Positions 57,628-64,000 of a stretch of 64,000 nucleotides of DNA are shown here, piece by piece. The stretch is from the NCBI GenBank assembly GCA_016840095.1, contig JAEOSZ010000040.1, positions 1-64,000 of the forward strand. The letters run 5' to 3'. Position 1 is the first letter of the stretch. Each line of letters starts with the position of its first letter. The position numbers were made by a program, and so were the translations under genes. Below the pieces are notes generated by a model. That model worked only from the letters and a program-made list of their open reading frames with translations, searched no databases and was not told the origin of the DNA. This DNA comes from Candidatus Heimdallarchaeota archaeon. GTDB lineage: Archaea > Asgardarchaeota > Heimdallarchaeia > Heimdallarchaeales > Heimdallarchaeaceae.

Positions 57628-58830
57628 TTATTTAGTCTCTTTTAAGCTTTCTCTCATAATTTCTGCAACATCTTCAGGAAACATTGTAGCTATTCTATAG
57701 GTTTCCATAATCTCAGCACCACCAATTCTCTGAATTGGTATGATGTCAATTATCATGTGCATTCCAGAATCATAACCAATATTATCCTGTCTAAACAAGA
57801 TGTTTCTATCTTGTAAGAGATGCATACTTGGGCTAGTTCCTTTAATGAAATTATCAAGAGCTTTGTTTGCATAAACTAGTGCTTCTGCTAAATCAGTTAT
57901 TTGCTTATCATCAAGATAAATAAATTGAGATACATGTCTTTTGGGAAAAATTCTAAGTTGACCATCTCTTTCTGGTGAAAAAGCTGTAACTACTAACCAT
58001 TCTCCATTTTCAAACACTTTTCTTTCTTTAACAAGTAAATCCTGACCAATTGGATCTATTACCTTTTTATCAGCTTTTGATAATTCACAAGCTAAGCAAT
58101 AGTTGAGATTGTTTTTCAGCTTCTTATGGAAACCTGGAACACTTAGGAAACCTAATGAAGTCCACCCATGTCCGATTTCATTAGCGTAGATGTATGTCTG
58201 TGAATGTAGATGGCATATACTCGCTCCTGCTTCTTCTCCTATATTAAAGAAGTGCAAAATAGTTAACTTATCTGTATCATATTTTGCTTTTAGTTCAGAA
58301 ATAGAATTCTTTTGAGCTAAACGTGTTGTTAAAAGAAGCTGTTCTACCTCAGAAATTGGTACTTCAGATAGAGTATCATAATGATTTACAAGAAGATGAA
58401 CTAAACCGACTCCAACACTCTTATCTCTAACTGAAGTTATTTGCTGAACATTGTCATAAAGAACCCTAGCCATTGGTGTGAATAAGTTAACTATGGAAAT
58501 GGCGTTAAATTCACTTAAAATAGCTTTTGAAGAGTTTATACTTAGAGCATCTTCCTCCTTAGAAGTGTCTTTAGAAATGATAACAGCTGGAAGTTTTCCT
58601 TCCACAACTTTGCAGAAAGAATCATCTCGTGGAGAATGGATGATTTCCTCTTTGTCATTATTATGTTCAAATGGTCGTTTTCCTCTAACAGGAGAAAATT
58701 GTGTAATATGCCCTACCTTTGTGCTAAATTCGTTAATTATTGTTCTGAAAGAATCGAACCTTTCCAAAGGCATGTTTTCTATGTTTTTGTAAATACCCCA
58801 GTGACCTTCCTCTACCAAATAGTTCACCAT
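57628..58830 (-). CDS. GalT-like HIT-fold nucleotidyltransferase (Gal-1-P uridylyltransferase / ADP-glucose phosphorylase-like)
   Basis: FFNIGEEAGASICHLHSQ (HxHxQ), R.KRP, CLAC, PKRH, FPE..A. Confidence 0.8.
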   Translation of the reverse strand: MVNYLVEEGHWGIYKNIENMPLERFDSFRTIINEFSTKVGHITQFSPVRGKRPFEHNNDKEEIIHSPRDDSFCKVVEGKLPAVIISKDTSKEEDALSINSSKAILSEFNAISIVNLFTPMARVLYDNVQQITSVRDKSVGVGLVHLLVNHYDTLSEVPISEVEQLLLTTRLAQKNSISELKAKYDTDKLTILHFFNIGEEAGASICHLHSQTYIYANEIGHGWTSLGFLSVPGFHKKLKNNLNYCLACELSKADKKVIDPIGQDLLVKERKVFENGEWLVVTAFSPERDGQLRIFPKRHVSQFIYLDDKQITDLAEALVYANKALDNFIKGTSPSMHLLQDRNILFRQDNIGYDSGMHMIIDIIPIQRIGGAEIMETYRIATMFPEDVAEIMRESLKETK

Positions 58831-58885
58831 TAACTAGACACATTGCCAAAAGTATGGTTCTTAAAATTGGCGATAGGACTCCTTT

Positions 58886-59587
58886 TTGTTATCTCTTCGT
58901 AAAATAAGATTTTTAAACTCAAATGATGAACTAGACATGAAATGTTGTGAGGTTATGCTAGGAAAGACTCATACTATTAATCCAATTCTCTTCAAAGATA
59001 TGATGATAAAAAGTGAAGAACAAATCTTGAAAGAAAAAGAAAACATCAATGCAATCAATGTTTTTCCAATACCTGATGGTGATACTGGATCCAATATCTA
59101 TTACACTCTACGAGCAATTGTAGAAGAAGTAAAATCGATTGATGAAGGAAGTGTGGACAAAGTCTTCCAAGCAATTAGCAAGGGGAGTTTTATTGGAGCT
59201 AAAGGAAACTCAGGAGTAATTTACTCACAATTTCTGATAGGTGTAGTTGATTACCTTGATACCGTCGATAGTGTCACTCCAACATCTTTTACACATGCTC
59301 TTAAGGATGGAACAGAGTTTGCCTATGAATCTGTTCTAAACCCAACTGAAGGAACTATACTAACTGTAATGAAAGAGGTAACTACAAAAGCAGCTGAACT
59401 TATTGCAGATAATCCTGAGATTGGATGGGCTGATTTTATCAATGGTCTAGTTGAGATAAGCTGGGATTGTCTCGAACGAACCAAAGAAATGCTGGATGTT
59501 CTAAAAGAAGCAAATGTTGTGGATGCAGGAGCAAAAGGTTTTGTACATATACTAGAATCATGGCGAGACATCATTGTCAGAGAATAA
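58886..59587 (+). CDS. DAK2/DhaL domain protein (fatty-acid kinase FakA N-domain-like)
   Basis: INVFPIPDGDTGSN, GAKGNSGVI.SQF, PTEGTILTV, VVDAGAKG; true start likely later than the TTG. Confidence 0.88.
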   Translation: MLSLRKIRFLNSNDELDMKCCEVMLGKTHTINPILFKDMMIKSEEQILKEKENINAINVFPIPDGDTGSNIYYTLRAIVEEVKSIDEGSVDKVFQAISKGSFIGAKGNSGVIYSQFLIGVVDYLDTVDSVTPTSFTHALKDGTEFAYESVLNPTEGTILTVMKEVTTKAAELIADNPEIGWADFINGLVEISWDCLERTKEMLDVLKEANVVDAGAKGFVHILESWRDIIVRE

Positions 59588-59605
59588 TCTATAAAAGCTG
59601 ATTCG

Positions 59606-60121
59606 ATGCGTTTTTTCATTATTACAGGTAGAAGACATATAGGAAAAACAACTTTTGTCAAACAATTAATAGAAGAACTCAAGGAATTTTACACTATTGG
59701 AGGATTGCTTACAGTAGGTGTGAAAGAAAAAATGTTTTTGAACCTGAAGAATGACAAAAGTTTCCCTTATTACCAATCAAATGAGATAATTAAAGATCAG
59801 ATTGGAGATTATAAAATATCTGAAAAAGCAATTATGTTTGCAGAAGAAGCATTAAAGAAAGCTTCAGATGTAAAACTAGCAATCATAGATGAATTTGGAA
59901 GACTAGAGAGAGAGAAAAGAGGGCTGTATGAGGGTGTAAAAAAACTAGTAGAACTTATTCGAGACAAGCAAGAGACAGTACTGTTAATGATAGTCCAAAT
60001 TGATGTAATAGAAGATGCGAAAGTTTTACTTGAGTTAGAACCTGAAAAGATTTGGGAACTAAAAAAAGATTCCAGTAATGAGAAAGTAAAATTTGAGATT
60101 AAAAAAATGATAGAAAATTAA
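59606..60121 (+). CDS. Nucleoside-triphosphatase THEP1/NTPase_1-like
   Basis: ITGRRHIGKTT, IIDEFGRLE. Confidence 0.8.
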   Translation: MRFFIITGRRHIGKTTFVKQLIEELKEFYTIGGLLTVGVKEKMFLNLKNDKSFPYYQSNEIIKDQIGDYKISEKAIMFAEEALKKASDVKLAIIDEFGRLEREKRGLYEGVKKLVELIRDKQETVLLMIVQIDVIEDAKVLLELEPEKIWELKKDSSNEKVKFEIKKMIEN

Positions 60122-60308
60122 GCTAATGAGGGAGGGAGGGTTGTGAGAAATAAAACAAATTACTCACAACCAATCCATTAGTATCTTGGACTTATATAAA
60201 TTGATTCATTCTTATTATTTTCTAATAATAAATCTCACTCGTCTTTGTGATATTGTAGTTTTATTAAAAGGAGAAATATTTATTAGATATTGATTCTTCC
60301 AATGGAAT

Positions 60309-61607
60309 ATGAAGAGAGCAAAAACATATTTTATTATACTAATTATAGTCTTTCCACTGATTCTTAGCAAAATCAGTATAAATATAGGAACAGCAATATC
60401 TGTTGACAATCCAAATAATTCTCAAGAACTTGATTATATTCCTGTAGGAACACCAGCTCCTGATTTCAATATCACTGATGTTACCACTCATGTTTCATAT
60501 AATTTATCAGATTTTGTTGGCAAAATTGTAGTTGTATTCTTCTTTACAACTTGGTGTCCATACTGTAAATATGAGTACCCATATCTTCAAGAGTTATATA
60601 AAATGTACACACCAGATTTGATGGAAATTATTTTTGTTGATCCCGATGAAAGCGAAACCCAAAGTCAGGTTTCAAGTTTCAGAAACAATTGGGATATGGA
60701 TTGGATAGTTGGTTTAGATGATAACGACACAATTGCTAATGCATATGATGTTGGGGGATATCCTACAATGTTTATCTTGGATCAAACTCAAGAAGTTGTT
60801 CATGTTGAATATGGATGGGGTGAAGACAATTGGCCAGGACTTGTTTATTCAGTTTTTGCTTCACTAATGCCTGATGACGTTACTACACCATCTTTCAATT
60901 CAGTAACAATTTACAACGAAACTGAATTATCAATTTTCAATCCAACAATACGAGTTATTGCTAACATATCTGAAGACAGAACATTAGATTATGCTACATT
61001 ACGAGTTGATACTACTGAAGGATTAGATGAATTTTCTCTATATTTCACTAAAGAAGAAGGTTACTATTTAGTAAACCGAATCATAGAATTTGAACCTGAA
61101 TTTATCTATCTCATAGATGAAATGACGGTATCAATCAAAGTTGGAGATTTTTGGTCACATACTAATACTTCAGTAACCTCGTTACTCCCTATAACACAAT
61201 ATGTAGATGCTGCGGTACCAACATATTCAGATGTTTCAGTAGGTTATGTGCAAACTAGTTCAACTATATACAATGTAACAGTTTATGCAAGAATAGAAGA
61301 TGACTTAATGCTAACAAGAGCTGATTTACAATTGAAGAAAGGAACATCAACAGTAAGAGCAGTCTCTTTCGAGGATTATAATGGGACACATATGGTTGCA
61401 TCAGGAACTTTAATGAATAGTCTTGCAGAACCTTATGAATTAGTAGCTAGACTTGTACTTGAAGATGTTGCAGGAAATGAAGTGATTGGTGAATTTACGG
61501 TAGCTGATGCTCCTGAAACAGAAGAATCTAGTATGGAGCTTGCTCTAGTCTTTATAGGATTCATTTTCTCAGTTGTGGTGTTGAGAGAATTTAGAAAAAG
61601 AAAGTAA
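60309..61607 (+). CDS. Exported TlpA/AhpC-type thioredoxin-fold protein with Ig-like domains and C-terminal anchor
   Basis: GTPAPDF, TWCPYC, YDVGGYPT; TM + RKRK. Confidence 0.85.
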   Translation: MKRAKTYFIILIIVFPLILSKISINIGTAISVDNPNNSQELDYIPVGTPAPDFNITDVTTHVSYNLSDFVGKIVVVFFFTTWCPYCKYEYPYLQELYKMYTPDLMEIIFVDPDESETQSQVSSFRNNWDMDWIVGLDDNDTIANAYDVGGYPTMFILDQTQEVVHVEYGWGEDNWPGLVYSVFASLMPDDVTTPSFNSVTIYNETELSIFNPTIRVIANISEDRTLDYATLRVDTTEGLDEFSLYFTKEEGYYLVNRIIEFEPEFIYLIDEMTVSIKVGDFWSHTNTSVTSLLPITQYVDAAVPTYSDVSVGYVQTSSTIYNVTVYARIEDDLMLTRADLQLKKGTSTVRAVSFEDYNGTHMVASGTLMNSLAEPYELVARLVLEDVAGNEVIGEFTVADAPETEESSMELALVFIGFIFSVVVLREFRKRK

Positions 61608-61677
61608 CACATTACTTTTCTTCTTTATTTTTTAGTAAACCAGATATTTTTTAAATGACCTTACTTCTTCCTTTTTC

Positions 61678-63132
61678 GTGAAGAGAGGACAAATAGCTTT
61701 AATCATAACTTTTGTAGTTATTATTGGTGGAGGTGTAGGAGTATATTTTCTCATTGAGTCCTTAGGGACCAAGACAACGATTGCACCAGATTATCAGCTT
61801 CAGAGTCTTAATGGTACAGATTTTACTATCTCTTCTCTCCAACCAAAAACAATTTTGTTGGATTTCATGAGCATTCCTTGCATTCCTTGCAAGGAGATGA
61901 ATCAGAGAATGATTGATTTACAAGCTGACACTGATCTTCAAGGAAAATTCACTGTTATTTCAATTGAAACATATACAAATACCTCTCTTATTGACCTTCA
62001 AAATCATGCAACTACTGAAAACATGACTTGGGCAGTTGCTATTGCTCCTGAAGGTATGCAAGCTGAGTACGGTGTTACTTTAATCCCAACTTTTGTAATA
62101 ATTAATGATGAAGGAAAAATAACCTATTTTCAAGAAGGATTAATAGCTTATGATACTCTTAAACAAGAACTACTGGATACTATTGAAGGTAGAAGTCAAG
62201 GTATAGAAATAACAAGCTATCAAGGCTTCATCATAGGTTTTGCAATTATAACAGCTTTTTCATCCTTTTTCTCTCCATGTTCTTTTCCATTGCTTCCAGG
62301 ATATGTAGCACATATCATGGGTATGGATATTAAGAAGAAAAAAGAAACAGAAGAAGAAATTGAGAAAAAACGTAATAAAGGTCGTATATTGGTCTATCCT
62401 CTGTTGGGTTTAAGCAGTGGAATAGGTATTCTTGTTAGTTATCTAATTCTTGGAGTGGTTGTCAGCTCAGTTGGAAATACAGTTCTTCCTTATGTTACAT
62501 ATTTTATGCCAATAATCGGTGGAATTTTTATAGTTCTAGGAATTCTGATGTTTACTCCATTGCAGTTTTCATTTTCTAGATTATTAGGATGGATTAGAAA
62601 AAGACAAATTTCTGCTGAAGACAAAAAAGAAGGTTCAAACTTCACAAACTTCTCAAGTACTTTTCTTTATGGACTAGGGTATGGAATTGCTTCCTTAGGT
62701 TGTAATGCTCCAATTTTTCTAGCTTTCAGTTTACAAGTTTCTTCCCAAGAGAAAGCAATTCAAATGGTATTTGCTTATGTAGCTTTTTCAGTAACAATCA
62801 TAGCTTTAATGGTAGGAGCTACAATCCTTATTAGCACCTCTAAAGATGCTTTTCTCCAAAAACTCAAAGCAAGCACAGAAACAATAAAGAAAATAAGTGG
62901 AGTGGTAATCGTAGCTGTTGGTATTTACCTCATCTTAGAATTCACTGTAGGGTCTTTATTTGGTATCGGAGTAGCATTAATGTTTGTAGGTTTAGCAGCA
63001 TTTACAGATCTCATATTCAGAGTGATTAAAAGAAAGTTTGAGCTATATTTAGGATTAGTAGAATTCATTTTAGGAGGGACTCTATTAGGGTTAGGAATAA
63101 CCTTATTATTAAGACATATACTAGGTGGATAG
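61678..63132 (+). CDS. Fusion: TlpA-like thioredoxin + CcdA/DsbD-beta membrane domain
   Basis: APDY.L, CIPC, YGV..IPT; FFSPCSFPLLPGY ... SLGCNAP. Confidence 0.9.
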   Translation: MKRGQIALIITFVVIIGGGVGVYFLIESLGTKTTIAPDYQLQSLNGTDFTISSLQPKTILLDFMSIPCIPCKEMNQRMIDLQADTDLQGKFTVISIETYTNTSLIDLQNHATTENMTWAVAIAPEGMQAEYGVTLIPTFVIINDEGKITYFQEGLIAYDTLKQELLDTIEGRSQGIEITSYQGFIIGFAIITAFSSFFSPCSFPLLPGYVAHIMGMDIKKKKETEEEIEKKRNKGRILVYPLLGLSSGIGILVSYLILGVVVSSVGNTVLPYVTYFMPIIGGIFIVLGILMFTPLQFSFSRLLGWIRKRQISAEDKKEGSNFTNFSSTFLYGLGYGIASLGCNAPIFLAFSLQVSSQEKAIQMVFAYVAFSVTIIALMVGATILISTSKDAFLQKLKASTETIKKISGVVIVAVGIYLILEFTVGSLFGIGVALMFVGLAAFTDLIFRVIKRKFELYLGLVEFILGGTLLGLGITLLLRHILGG

Positions 63133-63682
63133 AATAATGAAAATTAAGTATAAATCTTTGGTATTATTGGTTATTGGCTTACTAGCTTTAGCAACTATTA
63201 CTAATGTAGAAGTAAGTGCATCAATTGATTACGGAATTAGTGAAATCACACATTCTCCTGAAACTTTGCAGAAAGGTCAAAACATGACTGTTGAAGTAAT
63301 TTTTGACAATACTACAGATGTAGATATTGTAAGACTTTTGATTTGTACTCTTAGTCCTAGTTTTGTTTGTGAACCTCAACCAATAGTCATGGATAATATT
63401 TCTGCTATAACCTATTCTGCTGATTTTCTTATTGAATATGATGAAGGCACTGAAGTGGGATACCATATCCAAATAATCTATCTAAATGCTACATCAATAT
63501 TGATCCCAGATACATCAGATTTCCTTGGTAAGGAGATAGTTGAACCAATAACAGATGAATTCTTTTTTAGTGCTGGAGTAGTTGGTGGAATAAATAAAAC
63601 TGGTTGTTGTGGAATATTTAGTACTGTTCTAGCAGTAGTAGCTTCAACAATTATACTCAAAAAGAAAAAGAAACACAACTAG
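63125..63682 (+). CDS. Secreted protein with C-terminal TM + poly-Lys tail
   Basis: Signal peptide; ends GCCGIFSTVLAVVASTIILKKKKKHN. Confidence 0.8.
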   Translation: MDRIMKIKYKSLVLLVIGLLALATITNVEVSASIDYGISEITHSPETLQKGQNMTVEVIFDNTTDVDIVRLLICTLSPSFVCEPQPIVMDNISAITYSADFLIEYDEGTEVGYHIQIIYLNATSILIPDTSDFLGKEIVEPITDEFFFSAGVVGGINKTGCCGIFSTVLAVVASTIILKKKKKHN

Positions 63683-63714
63683 ATATTTAATGATCATTTG
63701 AGAATTGATGATAT

Positions 63715-64000
63715 ATGAGCAATCCTGAAGAAATTTTTTCTCACACCTCTGAACAAAAGGAAATTATTCAGAATTTCTTGAAACAAGGTAGAAGAGATGT
63801 TCCAACATATTTAGAAGGAGGAGCTGAAGCTAAATATGTGGAAATTGATGATGGAGAACTAAGATATTTCCATCATAAACCTGATAACATTCAAACAAAA
63901 AGACCTGTTGTTTTCATTCCTGGTTATGTGGCTGCACCAATTAGTTGGGTAGACTTTTCACTTCCACTACATGGTATTGGAGAATACTACTATCTGGAAA
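63715..64000 (+). CDS. Alpha/beta hydrolase, N-terminal part (3'-truncated)
   Basis: Manual translation MSNPEEIF...GELRYFHH...RPVVFIPGYVAAPISW..; open to window end. Confidence 0.7.
   Translation, partial: MSNPEEIFSHTSEQKEIIQNFLKQGRRDVPTYLEGGAEAKYVEIDDGELRYFHHKPDNIQTKRPVVFIPGYVAAPISWVDFSLPLHGIGEYYYLE

Noticed and set aside
325-63678. Numerous 60-120 aa ORFs nested in or antisense to long genes (e.g. 325-507, 7599-7919, 8993-9211, 37213-37509, 51872-52108, 58478-58792, 59323-59682)
   Set aside because: They overlap well-supported genes, show no motifs and have shadow-frame composition.

Overview
AT-rich (roughly 30-35% GC by eye), gene-dense chromosomal segment. It most likely comes from an Asgard archaeon, possibly Heimdallarchaeia-like. 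This is inferred from Arf-like and Rab-like small GTPases, longin/roadblock-type domains fused to a 7TM region and to TPRs, four membrane-anchored RING-H2-like proteins, many secreted proteins with a C-terminal TM plus basic tail, and archaeal metabolic genes (AOR, ComDE-like, F420-type LLM oxidoreductases, GH57 glycogen enzymes). No rRNA, tRNA, CRISPR array or transposase was recognised. The standout is a locus at about 9.3-14.1 kb. It holds a 94-aa gene encoding a signal peptide followed by four identical copies of GPVTDEPIGNG, separated by three copies of MDQAGGA; all DNA differences between copies are synonymous. Next to it are a tandem Lrp/AsnC-type regulator, a wHTH protein coupled to a 2-TM protein, a 7TM-longin receptor-like protein and three hairpin-rich intergenic elements. 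The layout suggests a multi-copy secreted peptide signal (pheromone/hormone-like or RiPP-like) with a candidate receptor and regulators. This is a hypothesis from sequence only. Also present: an E3-ligase-like RING paralog array, a glycogen cluster with a catalytically degenerate phosphohexomutase, a sugar kinase/dehydrogenase-aldolase locus, a Spondin_N protein, an M23-like peptidase and a thiol-disulfide (TlpA/CcdA/VKOR) set. Family assignments come from motifs recognised by eye; no database search was run.
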